From NCBI GenBank assembly GCA_963666835.2, contig CAXXGO010000006.1, positions 864,001 through 928,000 of the forward strand: a stretch of DNA of 64,000 nt, written 5' to 3'. The notes beneath the pieces were generated by a model. The model saw only the letters and a list, made by a program, of their open reading frames with translations, was not told the DNA's origin and did no database searches. Source of the DNA: Phycisphaerae bacterium (GTDB lineage Bacteria; Planctomycetota; Phycisphaerae; UBA1845). Shown here one piece after another: positions 50,202 through 61,332 of the stretch. How positions within the stretch are numbered: the first letter of the stretch is position 1; every line of letters starts with the position of its first letter. A program made the position numbers and the translations under genes.

Positions 50202-51536
50202 ACCCTGATCACGTATCCAAGCCACCGCCGTCTCCAAAGCCGGATCCCGACCTTCGAGCAGAGCCGCACGCGTGGGCTGAACTTCAATATCCGGAATCAC
50301 ACCGACCCCTTCCAACACCCCGCCGCCTTCCGAGATGTAGTTGGCCGTTGCATACTGAAAGCCGTCACCGTTGGCAAGCTTCTCGATATGCGAAGGAAGA
50401 GACGCACCCGCGGTCGTCGTGCCCACCACTTTGACACGCCCCAAGCCCTGCAAGCCACCGGCCAGTATCTCCGAGGTCGACCCGGAGAGAGCGTCCACCA
50501 GCAAAACAACCGGACCGTCATACGTCTTCGGGCGCGGTTTGACAACGTACTTCAGCTCGTTATCCCGCATGTACATCGTGCCGAGCCGCTGATCTCGCTC
50601 CGCCACGAGCCAGCCGGACATCCCCATGGCCATGGCTCCGATACCACCGGGATTCCCCCGGATGTCGATAACCACCCCGTCGGCGTCCAGGAAGCTCGTC
50701 ATGGCCTTGTTGAACGTCCCCATCACCCTAGTCGGATCGAAGAACATGTTAAACGCGATGTAGCCGATGTTGCCCTCCAACATACGGGTGTCGATCCAGA
50801 CATACGTGGCCGGCAGGTGTCCGAACTGGATTCTCCGGCCCTTGTTCTCCGCACGCACGATGTCGAGCGTCACCATGTCGTCATTGCCGTCACGGAACGT
50901 CACGGCGACGGGTTCGCCGACCGGGCCGCTCAGTCGCGAGGCGACTGCTCCAGTAACTCGGTAACGCTTGCTCGGGGTCTCTTCCAGCTCATCGATGAGG
51001 TTCCGAACGATCGCGGTCACGTCCTCGTCATCCACCCGGAGGACTTCCCAGCCGGGATGCACGCCCGCTGCGGCAGCAGGAGATCCCTCCTCTACGGCGG
51101 TGACCAGAGCCTGCCCCTCCAGCACGCGTACATCAATGCCGGTTCCGCCGTCCCGGGCGCCCTCCCCGGCCGGCGATTGCAGGTCGTCATATAGCTCCGC
51201 CGGGAAGATGGCGAAGTGCGATTTCCCGAGCCGTCCGATCAGTTCGTTCATTGCCGCCCGCGATTCGGACATGACTGCAGCCTGTTCCACCTTCGGCCGC
51301 AGTTCATCGCGCGCTTTCGCCCAGTCGACCCCGCCCAATTCGGGGTCCCAATGGGTATCGTTGATCTTGGTCCACACGTAGTCGAATGACTCGAGATTGA
51401 GCTGGCGCTGCTCGACCGTCAGAGGCGGTTCTTTGGGCGTGGTCGCGCAACCCGTGAGCCCCCCGAGAAGTCCCAAGATGACAGCAAGATAAGCCCCGCA
51501 GACGGCGCGGCGATTCCGTAAAATATGTCCGTACAT
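50199..51536 (-). CDS. S41-family (C-terminal processing) peptidase, lipoprotein
   Basis: Lipobox LTGC; PDZ domain; IDIRGNPGG, SGSTSEI, GVGVIPD. Confidence 0.9.
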   Translation of the reverse strand: MYGHILRNRRAVCGAYLAVILGLLGGLTGCATTPKEPPLTVEQRQLNLESFDYVWTKINDTHWDPELGGVDWAKARDELRPKVEQAAVMSESRAAMNELIGRLGKSHFAIFPAELYDDLQSPAGEGARDGGTGIDVRVLEGQALVTAVEEGSPAAAAGVHPGWEVLRVDDEDVTAIVRNLIDELEETPSKRYRVTGAVASRLSGPVGEPVAVTFRDGNDDMVTLDIVRAENKGRRIQFGHLPATYVWIDTRMLEGNIGYIAFNMFFDPTRVMGTFNKAMTSFLDADGVVIDIRGNPGGIGAMAMGMSGWLVAERDQRLGTMYMRDNELKYVVKPRPKTYDGPVVLLVDALSGSTSEILAGGLQGLGRVKVVGTTTAGASLPSHIEKLANGDGFQYATANYISEGGGVLEGVGVIPDIEVQPTRAALLEGRDPALETAVAWIRDQG

Positions 51537-51839
51537 GATCGCTCCCTTACGTGGTCGATCGCCGTCGCGCCGGGACCCTGGAGTACCTTCCGGAACCGGC
51601 GGAAGACGGTCCTCCCAATGAGCCCCGTGCCCCGCGCGACGAAGCGCCGGACCACCGAATACAACACTACCGGCCTATCGCCGCCGGCACAAGTGTACTG
51701 CTGTAAGCTCTTGTCGCAGAAAGCAAGATCGTGTCCACGTAAAGGACGTTGCGCGTTGCCGAGCGGACATACCCTGGCAGAATGGCGATTCGAGACCTTC
51801 CGAACTCGCAACGGTCAGGCGACAGAAGCGTGTCACTCA

Positions 51840-51998
51840 CCCGGATTACTCACCCAAGCGAAGAAGAGGCGGCAAACCGATGCAGCGCCAGAGCTTGTCC
51901 CTGGCGTGGAAGCGCGCTGTGCTTCGATGGCGTCACCCACAAGGAGTAACGCTGCAGGGGGTCACGCGAATTCGTGCAAATGTCACGAATAATTCGGG
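51840..51998. mobile_element. ~160-bp MITE-like element
   Basis: Imperfect terminal IR CCCGGATTACTC / GAATAATTCGGG; homologous copy at 48221-48326. Confidence 0.55.
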
Positions 51999-52041
51999 CT
52001 AGTCCGCCATCGATTGGCGCGCAAGAATTCCGTCAGCCGTT

Positions 52042-53451
52042 CTACGAGTGGCTCATGAGATACTCGTGGATCGCCTTCGCACTGCCCTTTCCGTCGCCCA
52101 TGGCCAGAATGACCGTGGCACCACCGCGGACGATGTCGCCCCCGGCGAACACGCCCGGGATACTCGTCATGTTGTTATCGTCGACAATGATGTTACCCCA
52201 GCGGTTGAGCTCGAGCCCCGGGGTCGTCTGGGTCAGCAACGGATTCGCTCCGGTGCCGATCGCCTCGACGAACACCTGGCAGGGAATCTCGAATTCACTG
52301 CCGGCGATTGGCACGGGACGCCGCCGACCGGAGTCATCAGGCTCGCCCAGTCCCATTTTGATACACCGGACTGCGCGCACCCAGCCGTTCTCGTCGCCGA
52401 GAATCTCGATGGGGTTATTCAGCATCCGGAAGATCACGCCCTCTTCTTCGGCATGTTTGACTTCCTCGACCCGGGCCGGCATCTCCTCGCGCGAACGGCG
52501 GTAGACTAACGTTGCCGGGTTCGCCCCCAGGCGTTTCGCCGTACGCACAGAGTCCATGGCCGTGTTCCCGCCGCCCACGACGACGGCTTGGGCCGCGGTA
52601 ATCACCGGCGTGTCGGTCTCGCCGGAGCCGAACCGATAACCGCCCATCAGGTTGACGCGCGTCAGGAACTCGTTGGCCGAGTAAACCCCCTTGAGATGCT
52701 CGCCGGGGATACCTTGAAAGACCGGCAGCCCGGCCCCGTTGCCAATGAACACCGCATCGAAACCCTCTTCCTTCATCAGGTCGGGAATCGTATACGTCTG
52801 GCCGACAATCACATCGGTAAGGATCTCCACGCCGCGCGTCCGCAGAGTCTCGACTTCAGCTTCGACCACAATGTTGGGAAGCCTGAACTCCGGAATCCCG
52901 TAGACCAGCACCCCGCCGGCCTTGTGCAGAGCTTCGAAAACCGTAACGGCGTGGCCCATCTTCGCCAGCTCGCCCGCACAGGTAAGCCCGGCCGGCCCGG
53001 AGCCGACCACGGCCACCTTCTTACCGGTCGGCGGCGGAGGCTCGAAGAGATCCTTACGGTTCTCACGCGCCCAGTCGGCTACGAAACGCTCGAGATATCC
53101 CACGCCGACCGGCTCGCCCTTTTTTCCGCGGATGCACAGCTCCTCGCATTGCGTCTCCTGGGGACACACGCGCCCGGTGACTCCCGGAAGCACATTGGAC
53201 GCCAGCAGGATGTCCGCGGCCTTGTTGAGATCGTCTTCGGCCACAGCGCCAACAAAGCCGGCGATATCGATCCCGACGGGACAGCCCTCGACACATTTGG
53301 CGTCTTTGCACTGCAGGCAGCGCTGAGCCTCCTTCCGAGCGGTGGCCGGGTCGTAGCCGTCGTTGACTTCGCGGAAACAGGTAGCTCTCTCAACCGGGTC
53401 CTTCTCAGGCATCGGCTGACGGGGGATCTTCAAGCGTTCAGATGGTTTCAT
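52042..53451 (-). CDS. nfnB: NfnB/SudA large subunit of electron-bifurcating transhydrogenase (GltD-like)
   Basis: RCLQC...CVEGCP, GRVCPQETQCE, GSGPAGL, GGGNTAMD, GGATVILAMG; paired with nfnA; no gltB nearby. Confidence 0.85.
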   Translation of the reverse strand: MKPSERLKIPRQPMPEKDPVERATCFREVNDGYDPATARKEAQRCLQCKDAKCVEGCPVGIDIAGFVGAVAEDDLNKAADILLASNVLPGVTGRVCPQETQCEELCIRGKKGEPVGVGYLERFVADWARENRKDLFEPPPPTGKKVAVVGSGPAGLTCAGELAKMGHAVTVFEALHKAGGVLVYGIPEFRLPNIVVEAEVETLRTRGVEILTDVIVGQTYTIPDLMKEEGFDAVFIGNGAGLPVFQGIPGEHLKGVYSANEFLTRVNLMGGYRFGSGETDTPVITAAQAVVVGGGNTAMDSVRTAKRLGANPATLVYRRSREEMPARVEEVKHAEEEGVIFRMLNNPIEILGDENGWVRAVRCIKMGLGEPDDSGRRRPVPIAGSEFEIPCQVFVEAIGTGANPLLTQTTPGLELNRWGNIIVDDNNMTSIPGVFAGGDIVRGGATVILAMGDGKGSAKAIHEYLMSHS

Positions 53452-53514
53452 ATCCTGGTCATCACATCAACGGGCGAGCCCGCGGTTCGTTGACTGCTCA
53501 ACGATGAGCGTTCC

Positions 53515-54357
53515 TTACGGTTTATCACATTTACATTGATGAAGCCGGTCCCAGGCGATTCTCTCCTGGTCGCGGTAGGTGGTGAGCCGATCGACCAACT
53601 CGTCGAAGTCCACATCCTGGGCTTCAAACTCCGGGCCGTCAACGCAGGCGAATTTCATCTTACCGCCCACCGTTACCCGACAGCCACCGCACATGCCGGT
53701 TCCGTCGACCATGATCGGGTTGAGCGAGACAATCGTGCGGACCGAGAAGGCCGTGGTCACCTTCGCCACCGCCCGCATCATCGGTACCGGACCGGCGACC
53801 AGCACGGCCCCGATCTTGGCGCTTTTATCCTCCAGCAGCTCCTGGAGCTTGCCGGTAACGAAGCCGTTGTAGCCGTAGCTTCCGTCGTCAGTGCAGGGGT
53901 ATACGGCGTCGCAGTACTCGGCCAACTCCTTTTCAAAGATGACGTATTCCTTGGTCCGGCCGCCGATAACCGCCGACACCGTGTTGCCCGCCTTCTTGAG
54001 TGCCTTTGCCTGGGGGTTGACCACCGCGGTGCCGACGCCTCCGCCGACGAGAACGGCGTGACCGAAGTTCTCAATCTCCGTCGGCCGGCCCAGCGGGCCG
54101 ACGATGTTCAAGATACTGTCGCCCGCGTCGAGATCGCAAAGCTGTTCGGTAGTCGCGCCGACCACCTGCACTACGAGCGTGATGGTTCCCTCCTCAGCGT
54201 CCGAAGCGGCAACCGTCAACGGAATGCGTTCCCCATCCTCCCGAACTCGCAAGATAATGAAATGGCCGGGAAGATGACGCTTGGCGATCCGCGGGGCTTC
54301 TACCACGAACTGCCGAACCTTAGGGGCCAACCAATCGGCCTTGCGTATCACAAACAT
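53515..54357 (-). CDS. nfnA: NfnA/SudB small subunit (PyrK-like FAD/[2Fe-2S])
   Basis: GERIPLT, GPLG, GGGVG, MVDGTGMCGGCRV...CVDGPEF. Confidence 0.88.
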   Translation of the reverse strand: MFVIRKADWLAPKVRQFVVEAPRIAKRHLPGHFIILRVREDGERIPLTVAASDAEEGTITLVVQVVGATTEQLCDLDAGDSILNIVGPLGRPTEIENFGHAVLVGGGVGTAVVNPQAKALKKAGNTVSAVIGGRTKEYVIFEKELAEYCDAVYPCTDDGSYGYNGFVTGKLQELLEDKSAKIGAVLVAGPVPMMRAVAKVTTAFSVRTIVSLNPIMVDGTGMCGGCRVTVGGKMKFACVDGPEFEAQDVDFDELVDRLTTYRDQERIAWDRLHQCKCDKP

Positions 54358-54924
54358 GAGTACCTCTTGCCAAAAAATCCAGTTGCAGTGCCGCAAGGCT
54401 TGAGGCGATTAGACCCCCGCCGGCGACGCTTCACTTTGAATCCGGCGCCGAGCCCGTTCCGATTGGGCGTAGGCTGCACGCCACCGCCGCTAGGCCATCC
54501 GTCCTGCCTACATCAACGCGGCTCGCCCTATCCTGTCCTAACAGAGGATCTCGTTCGGACCTTGCCGATTCTCCGATACTACCCGCACGACAACACGGGA
54601 ATGTGCCCTTGTACAGGCAATTCGGATAGGTGGCAAGCCAAGGTTCGGCCTCCCCAGGCCGCAGAGTGCTCTTAAGAAAATGCGGCAGGAACGGTCCCAG
54701 TTGCCGGTACTGGCTTGCTCCAGAGGGTCGTACGGCGCGCGAGTCCTGGAACGACCGGACCGAGACCCGCTCGGCCGAAGCTGCTTGCACGCGGGCTCGG
54801 CAGACCCGACACCTCTCGGATTTGCGCGCAAAGAAACCGCACGGTACCCGGATGCGCCGGCTTCCGCGTCCCAACCTGAACCCAATCGGAATGGCCGGGT
54901 TCGGTGCCTCTGCGGGTGGTCCGG

Positions 54925-55377
54925 CTATCGTCGCTTAGCCGCTGGGCGACGCAGCTTCACTTTCATGTCACGGCGGGTGGTTCGGGTTGCCTCCACCACT
55001 TTCATGGCTTTTTTGATGTCCGGGACCTTCAGGACCATCGTGGTCTTACCGCCCCGGGCCCCACCGGTGCAGTACATGTAACCGATATTGATATGCGCCG
55101 CCGAGAGCCGGTCGCACAGGTCTGCTGCCGCTCCCGGACGGTTGGACAGAGTAACGGCAAGGACCTCGGCCTCGGAGCACGGCACGTTGAGGCTGTGGAA
55201 TACAGTGCGGGCTTCCGCTGGATCGTCCACGATCAACCGGAGCACCCCGTGCTCCATCGAGTCCATCATGGCGATCGTTCGGATGTTGACCTTAGCCTTG
55301 GCGAGTTCGCGGAACACTCTGGACAACACACCCGGTCGGTTAACCAGAAACACGGAAAATTGAACGCACTTCTCCAT
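54925..55377 (-). CDS. Tandem ACT-domain protein
   Basis: QFSVFLVNRPGVL...LSNRPGA...NIGYMY; GGAG RBS. Confidence 0.85.
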   Translation of the reverse strand: MEKCVQFSVFLVNRPGVLSRVFRELAKAKVNIRTIAMMDSMEHGVLRLIVDDPAEARTVFHSLNVPCSEAEVLAVTLSNRPGAAADLCDRLSAAHINIGYMYCTGGARGGKTTMVLKVPDIKKAMKVVEATRTTRRDMKVKLRRPAAKRR

Positions 55378-55781
55378 CAGTGGTCTCCCGTTCTTGGGGC
55401 CTCGCACCGGCGCGCAAACCTCCTTGCGCACCCGCTGACACCGAAACGCAGCAGCCTTTGAATCTTCGAAAACCAGTCAGAGCCCGGACACTAGCGGACG
55501 AGGCAGATGAGATGATTGTAGCCTCCCGAACGTTCGAACGGATCCGTCGCAATTCGCCTCCTGCTCTCCCGGCCACGCGGGCTACGCCTGCCCCGAGCCG
55601 GTCCTGCGATCGGGTGAAACCGATTGATGCGGCTGGCCCACACCCGTCGGTCCACCAACGTCCCTTGCCAGTATATTCCAGGTCCGCCCAAGCTCCAAGA
55701 CACGAAACGCCAGCAATTGCAGTCGCGCCCCGAATCCGCAGCACATGCGCGCAATCAAGAGTCTCGAACAAGTTCATCGGT

Positions 55782-55829
55782 AAAAAGAGCGGTGCCCCGG
55801 CAGCGGTATTAGCCGCCACCGAGGCACCG
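55782..55829 (-). terminator. Rho-independent terminator
   Basis: CGGTGCC...GGCACCG hairpin followed on the minus strand by CTCTTTTT. Confidence 0.55.
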
Positions 55830-55859
55830 GTTGTCAGACCTAGTCAATCAGGCCGCGGC

Positions 55860-57062
55860 CTAGTGGCCGGAGGGCTTGGCGATTCCGATTGTCGGGACGT
55901 TCGGATAAACCGCCCCGGCATCAATGGCCAGAATCCGGTTGTCGCCGGTGACGTCCTTACGCGGATCCCAGCACGGGAGCGTCGTGTTCACGCACGGCAC
56001 CGCCGGGTAAACCGCACCGGCATCAAGAGCCAGTACGCGAGCGTTGTCGTCCACATCACCCATCAAGACCAGATAGTGAACCTCGAACGGGTCCACGCCG
56101 GCCCAACTGCCGTCATTGGTGATCGCAATCCACGTATTGTGAGTCAGATTCGCGCCAACCTCCTGCACCATCAAAGTCATCGCGTCACCCGCGTCAATCG
56201 TGAAGGTGAAGCTGCCGGACAGGTCCGGACCGAACGCACCACCGGCCAACATCTGGCGGATCTTAAGATCGCCCGCGGCCGGCACGGCCGGGACGTCGCA
56301 GTCCAATGTCAGCAAAGCGTAGTTGTTCTGCGTCCGCCATAGGCTGTGCTCGTGCTCCGGCCAAGCGGAATCTAAGCTGCAAACGTCGATCACATTGACC
56401 GTCAGTTCCGTAACCGTACCCACGCCGGCGGCTTCCGTGGCCCAGAAAGGCACGCCGGTTTCATACTGCTGAATCACATTCGCGAACGGAACATTCGGGG
56501 CCGCGTTCATGATGCGGAGGTAGTAGGTGCCCACCGTCATCGGAGCAGTCAGCGAACCGGTGAGCAAGACCTGCGGGCTCCCCAAAGCAGCAACGTCGGT
56601 GATTACCGTACCGACCGGAAAAGCCGCAACCGGCTCGCAGACATTGCTAACGCAGTTGGACCCGCTCGGGCAGTCATCATTGTCGTCGCACAGCACTTGC
56701 CCGTTCATGATGGTGTTCTGAGCACCACCGCACTGGATCAGCTTGCCGGACTGCACGGTACCACCGTACCCGGCCGGGTTCGTGATCCCGAGGTTCCGCA
56801 CGAAGTTGTTCATCGGGGCAGTCGTGGGCGTATCCGCCTGAGCGAGATCCCCACCGGTGAATTCGAGGTCGAATCCCACCAGAGCAAGACCTTCGTTCGC
56901 AGTATCCGTCAACTCGCCGATCACGGTGTAGTCCACGGTCGCACCCGGGCCCACGTTTACCGTCGACTCACCACCCGACTTAACCGTCAGATTGATATCC
57001 GTTGCCGTGGCGACCGAGCCGCACAAGGCCACCGCCAACGCAAAGACCAACATCCTCTTCAT
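55860..57062 (-). CDS. Secreted protein with cohesin-like N-terminal domain and C-terminal dockerin-like repeats
   Basis: Signal peptide MKRMLV...ATA; V.VGPGATV.Y.V...GLALVGFDL; GDVDDNARVLALD / DVTGDNRILAID. Confidence 0.6.
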   Translation of the reverse strand: MKRMLVFALAVALCGSVATATDINLTVKSGGESTVNVGPGATVDYTVIGELTDTANEGLALVGFDLEFTGGDLAQADTPTTAPMNNFVRNLGITNPAGYGGTVQSGKLIQCGGAQNTIMNGQVLCDDNDDCPSGSNCVSNVCEPVAAFPVGTVITDVAALGSPQVLLTGSLTAPMTVGTYYLRIMNAAPNVPFANVIQQYETGVPFWATEAAGVGTVTELTVNVIDVCSLDSAWPEHEHSLWRTQNNYALLTLDCDVPAVPAAGDLKIRQMLAGGAFGPDLSGSFTFTIDAGDAMTLMVQEVGANLTHNTWIAITNDGSWAGVDPFEVHYLVLMGDVDDNARVLALDAGAVYPAVPCVNTTLPCWDPRKDVTGDNRILAIDAGAVYPNVPTIGIAKPSGH

Positions 57063-57515
57063 AACATCCGCTCCATTAAGAAAAGCGTGGGTCCGACCCA
57101 CACCGTGCCAAAAAAGACAACCAACGTAAACGGCAACCCAGGGCCTTTTCGCCACCTTGGCCGCGACCTGCGGCACCGGGGGCAACCCTGGACCACCTCC
57201 ACTACCAAACATGTCGCATGCGACCGCGTCAGGCGCGACTTTTTATTCCCATAAACCAAAGAAGTGCCTGACACTACACTGCAGGACAACGTTGGAAGAA
57301 CTGATTCTGTAGCACTTACATCATGGATTTCTCTGTGTGACTATTTGGGACGGATCAGGCGGAGGTTCTGCTCAGATTGCCGGCGAGGTACGTAGCGGGT
57401 TCGGGAAGACGGCTCGCCACCGGTGCGAGGGAACTCCCACATCAAGGATGCCGTAGGGAGCGGGAGCGATCGTAGCGTTTGACGACTCGATTGGCTTAGG
57501 CGACGCTATCGGACC

Positions 57516-59222
57516 ATGACCCCTCTTCAGTTTACCCGTAGCGTGCGCAGCCTTAACCGTCTGCGGCACATTGCCAGGGTTCTTACCCAGCACGGGTTCG
57601 GGCACATTGTCGCCCAACTCAATCTCGCGCGGTTCGTGCCGGTGTGGATGCTGCGGCGTAAGACCCGCGCCGCGCGGGTCGACGAGCGCCCGTCGTCCAT
57701 TGGACGACACCTGGCCGAGGCGTGTGCGGAGCTGGGCCCCGCCTTCATCAAGCTCGCCCAGCTTGTCAGCACTCGCCCCGACATCGTGCCGACGGAGGTG
57801 GTCGAGGAACTGCGGACTCTGCAGGATGACGTGCCGCCGTTTGATACCGCGGAGGCGATGGCAATCATCGCCGCGCAGGTCGGTCGCCCCGTCGAGGAGT
57901 GCTTTGACTGGATTGGTGACACTCCGATTGCCAGCGGCTCGATCGGACAGGTGTACAAGGCGCGGGCTCACGATGGCACCGAGCGCGTTGTGAAGGTCCG
58001 CCGCCCGCATATCGAGGAGACGATCACGCTCGATATGCAGCTTCTTCGCTGGCTGGCCGAGTCGCTGGAGAGCCTGCTGCCGGAGGCGCGGAGCTTCCGC
58101 CCGGTGATGTTCGTCAATGAGCTCGAACAGACGCTCAAGCGCGAGTTGGATTACGTGAACGAAGCTTCGGCTACCGCCCGCTTTCGGGAGGCGTTCGCAG
58201 GAGTGCCGGGCATCCGCATTCCCGCGGTCGATTGGGATCTATCGGGTCCGAGCGTGCTGACCCTCGAAGCTCTCCCGGGTACGAATGTAGACCGGATGCT
58301 CGAGCGCTCGGATGGCGAGGCCGAACCGATTGATCGGCGGCTGGTAGCCCGGCGGCTCGCAGATGCATACGTCCGTCAGGTCTTTGACCTGGGCCAATTC
58401 CACGCCGATCCGCACCCCGGGAACATCCTGGTCGAGCCGGTGGCGCGGGTTGGGCTTATCGACTTCGGACAGGTCGGCACGATCACCGACGAGCTGATGA
58501 CACAGTTGATCGTCATCGTCTACGCGTGCGTGAATAATGAGCTTGACGTGGTGATCGATACGTTGGCCGACATGGGTGCGGTCGGACGTGAGACCGACCG
58601 GGGCAGTTTGCACCGGGCGCTACAGGCGCTACTCGACAAATACCACGGCCTGCCGATCAAACGTTTCGACTTACCGACGGTGCTCGCGGAGTTTACCGAC
58701 GTCGTCCGCCGGCACGACGTGCTGATCCCGCGGGATTTGATGATGCTGTTCAAGGCGATTGGGACGGTCTCGGGGGTCGTGATCCGGTTGGACGCCGATC
58801 TCGATATGCTCGAACTGCTTCAGCCGCGGCTCAAGGAGGCCTTATCTAAAAGGTTCTCTCCGGCGCGACTCGCCCGGGCGGCGGCGCTGGTGGGTTGGGA
58901 TATGGTCAGCATCGCCCGTCAAGCCCCGCGCTATCTTCGCCAGATGATGCGTCGGGTATCAGCGGGAACGTGGCGCCTCGACATTCGGCATCAGAATATC
59001 GACCGGTTGATCCGCGAGCTGGATCGCTCCAGCAACCGGCTTGCCTTTTCGATCGTTATCGCAGCCATCATCGTGGGCAGCTCCGTCGTCATCAGCGCCG
59101 ACAGCGCTTTGACTTTGTTCGGGATCCAGGTGCAGCACTTCGGGGCTGTCGGTTATCTGATCGCAGGGATACTCGGCTTGGCGTTGAGCTGGGCCATTCT
59201 CCGAAGCGGACGGCTGCACTGA
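57516..59222 (+). CDS. AarF/UbiB (ABC1) family kinase
   Basis: LGPAFIKLAQ, ASGSIGQV, VVKVRRP, FHADPHPGN, IDFG, C-terminal TMs. Confidence 0.92.
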   Translation: MTPLQFTRSVRSLNRLRHIARVLTQHGFGHIVAQLNLARFVPVWMLRRKTRAARVDERPSSIGRHLAEACAELGPAFIKLAQLVSTRPDIVPTEVVEELRTLQDDVPPFDTAEAMAIIAAQVGRPVEECFDWIGDTPIASGSIGQVYKARAHDGTERVVKVRRPHIEETITLDMQLLRWLAESLESLLPEARSFRPVMFVNELEQTLKRELDYVNEASATARFREAFAGVPGIRIPAVDWDLSGPSVLTLEALPGTNVDRMLERSDGEAEPIDRRLVARRLADAYVRQVFDLGQFHADPHPGNILVEPVARVGLIDFGQVGTITDELMTQLIVIVYACVNNELDVVIDTLADMGAVGRETDRGSLHRALQALLDKYHGLPIKRFDLPTVLAEFTDVVRRHDVLIPRDLMMLFKAIGTVSGVVIRLDADLDMLELLQPRLKEALSKRFSPARLARAAALVGWDMVSIARQAPRYLRQMMRRVSAGTWRLDIRHQNIDRLIRELDRSSNRLAFSIVIAAIIVGSSVVISADSALTLFGIQVQHFGAVGYLIAGILGLALSWAILRSGRLH

Positions 59223-59391
59223 CGACGGCGTGGAATACCTCCTCGACGAAAATGCGCGTAGAATGTGCCACCGGCACACGACGGAGGGCGGGGTCGCGGC
59301 TGGTCCCGAGGTTCCGCGGTGTTCGACTCGGCGGGGCACGTGTCCGCGCCGGCCTTGATTAGTCCGTATCAAGCGCAAGCTGGAACTCGGC

Positions 59392-61332
59392 ATGACGATT
59401 AGACTCCGACTGACGATGGCCGTCATTGCCGTGATCTTTGTAGCCAACGCGCTGCTGTCGATGTTCACCGTCAAGTACATCAGCCGGGTCTGGCTGGAGC
59501 AGGTCCAGACCAGCGTGAGCCTGGATCTCAACTCCGCCCGAGCTGCGTACAACAACCATATCGAGGGGATCGCTCAGTTCCTCGAGGCGGTCTGCCTTGA
59601 TCGCCGGATCGCTTCCGCCTTGGCGGACGGCGACGGTGAGACATTGGATCGGCTCTTGGAGGTCGTGTATTCGCGCGGGGGGATGGACATTCTGGTTGTG
59701 CTCGACGCCGAGGGACGAGTGTGCTATCGCCCCCGCAACCCGGAGAGCCGCGCCGAGAGTATGCAATCGAACCCCATCGTCGCGAGGGTACTCGAGCAGA
59801 GAATTCCGTTTTCCGGGACCATAATCCTGTCCCGTGAGTCCCTGGAGAGGGAGGGGGCGGACTTGGCCGCACGAGCCCGGTTCACGCTTCTTCCCACCCC
59901 GGCCGCACGACCTACCGAGGACACGGTTCGAGAAGACGGTATGGTCCTCGCTGCGGCCGTGCCCATTCTGGACTCGCACGGGACCATGCTGGGAGTGCTT
60001 TACGGCGGAGACCTTCTGAACCGGCGTTATGAGATCGTTGATGAGATCAAGGACGAGGTATTCCCCCACAAGGTGTACGAAGGTCGGCAGGTCGGTACGG
60101 TGACGGTCTTCCAGGGGGACCTTCGGGTCTCTACCAACGTTACGCGGGCTGACGGTACGCGGGCGGTGGGGACGCGGCTCAGTGACGCGGTTCACGGCAA
60201 GGTCCTCGAAGAGGGCAGCATCTGGGCCGATCGAGCGTTTGTAGTCAATGACTGGTACATCACCGCTTACGAGCCGATTAGGGACCCGGGAGGCCGGATA
60301 ATCGGGGCTCTCTACGTTGGCCTGTTGGAGGCTCCGTTTGCCGATCGGGAGAGCGCGATTGTCGGGATGTTCCTGGTGGCGGTCATCGCGACTACGTTAA
60401 CGAGCCTGGCCCTGATCTTCTTCGTTACCGAGTTGGTTCTTAGGCCGATCGGGCGCATTGTCTCGATGTCCCAGCATGTGGTCCGAGGCGACTTGACCGC
60501 TCGGGTGGGAATTCGTCCGCCGGGGGAAATGGGCAGGTTATGCCAGGCTATTGATGCCATGGCCAACGCCGTCAGCCTTCGCGAAGCCCAGTTGAAATTG
60601 GCGACCAGGCAGCACATCGGTCGCACGGAGAAACTGGCGTCAATCGGACGGCTTTCGGCGGGTATCGCACACGAGATCAACAATCCGCTCACCGGAGTCC
60701 TGACTTTCGCTCACCTTCTGCGGCAGAAGGAGAACATGACGGAGCAGGACCAGCAGGATCTCGATGTGATTATCAAAGAGACCTCGCGAGTCGGTGAAAT
60801 CGTTAAGGGGTTGCTGGACTTTGCAAGGGAAAGACCGTCGATCAAGGAGCAACTGGACATAAACCAGGTCGTCGGGCAGACGATGAAGCTGATCCGGAGC
60901 CAGAAGCAGATCGAGCAGATTAAGATCGTCGAGAGTCTGACGGACGAGCTGCCGAAGATCGTCGGGGACGAGAATCAGCTTCAGCAAGTATTGTTGAATG
61001 TCCTCTTGAATGGGTGCGAGGCCATGCCGAACGGAGGGACCCTGACGGTCAGCACCACGGCGCATGACGGCAAGGTCTATGTAGATGTGGTCGATACGGG
61101 TTGTGGCATCAGTCGAGAGCATCTCGACGAGATCTTCGAGCCTTTCTTTAGTACTAAGCCCGTTGGCAAGGGTACGGGCTTGGGGTTGAGTGTGAGTTAC
61201 GGTATCATCCGACAGCATCAAGGCAGCCTGGAGGTGGAAAGCGAGGAAGGACGAGGGACCACGCTGACGATCATCCTGCCTGCGGCCGCGAGTGCTCAAT
61301 CCCCGAAGGACGACGAGAAGAAGGACCTATGA
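59392..61332 (+). CDS. Sensor histidine kinase (Cache + HAMP + HisKA/HATPase)
   Basis: RVSTNV, WYITAYEPI, AHEINNPL, DTGCG, GTGLGL. Confidence 0.92.
   Translation: MTIRLRLTMAVIAVIFVANALLSMFTVKYISRVWLEQVQTSVSLDLNSARAAYNNHIEGIAQFLEAVCLDRRIASALADGDGETLDRLLEVVYSRGGMDILVVLDAEGRVCYRPRNPESRAESMQSNPIVARVLEQRIPFSGTIILSRESLEREGADLAARARFTLLPTPAARPTEDTVREDGMVLAAAVPILDSHGTMLGVLYGGDLLNRRYEIVDEIKDEVFPHKVYEGRQVGTVTVFQGDLRVSTNVTRADGTRAVGTRLSDAVHGKVLEEGSIWADRAFVVNDWYITAYEPIRDPGGRIIGALYVGLLEAPFADRESAIVGMFLVAVIATTLTSLALIFFVTELVLRPIGRIVSMSQHVVRGDLTARVGIRPPGEMGRLCQAIDAMANAVSLREAQLKLATRQHIGRTEKLASIGRLSAGIAHEINNPLTGVLTFAHLLRQKENMTEQDQQDLDVIIKETSRVGEIVKGLLDFARERPSIKEQLDINQVVGQTMKLIRSQKQIEQIKIVESLTDELPKIVGDENQLQQVLLNVLLNGCEAMPNGGTLTVSTTAHDGKVYVDVVDTGCGISREHLDEIFEPFFSTKPVGKGTGLGLSVSYGIIRQHQGSLEVESEEGRGTTLTIILPAAASAQSPKDDEKKDL

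Noticed and set aside
52042..53451. Glutamate synthase small subunit (gltD)
   Set aside because: No gltB is present, and pairing with a PyrK-like gene fits NfnAB/SudAB better.
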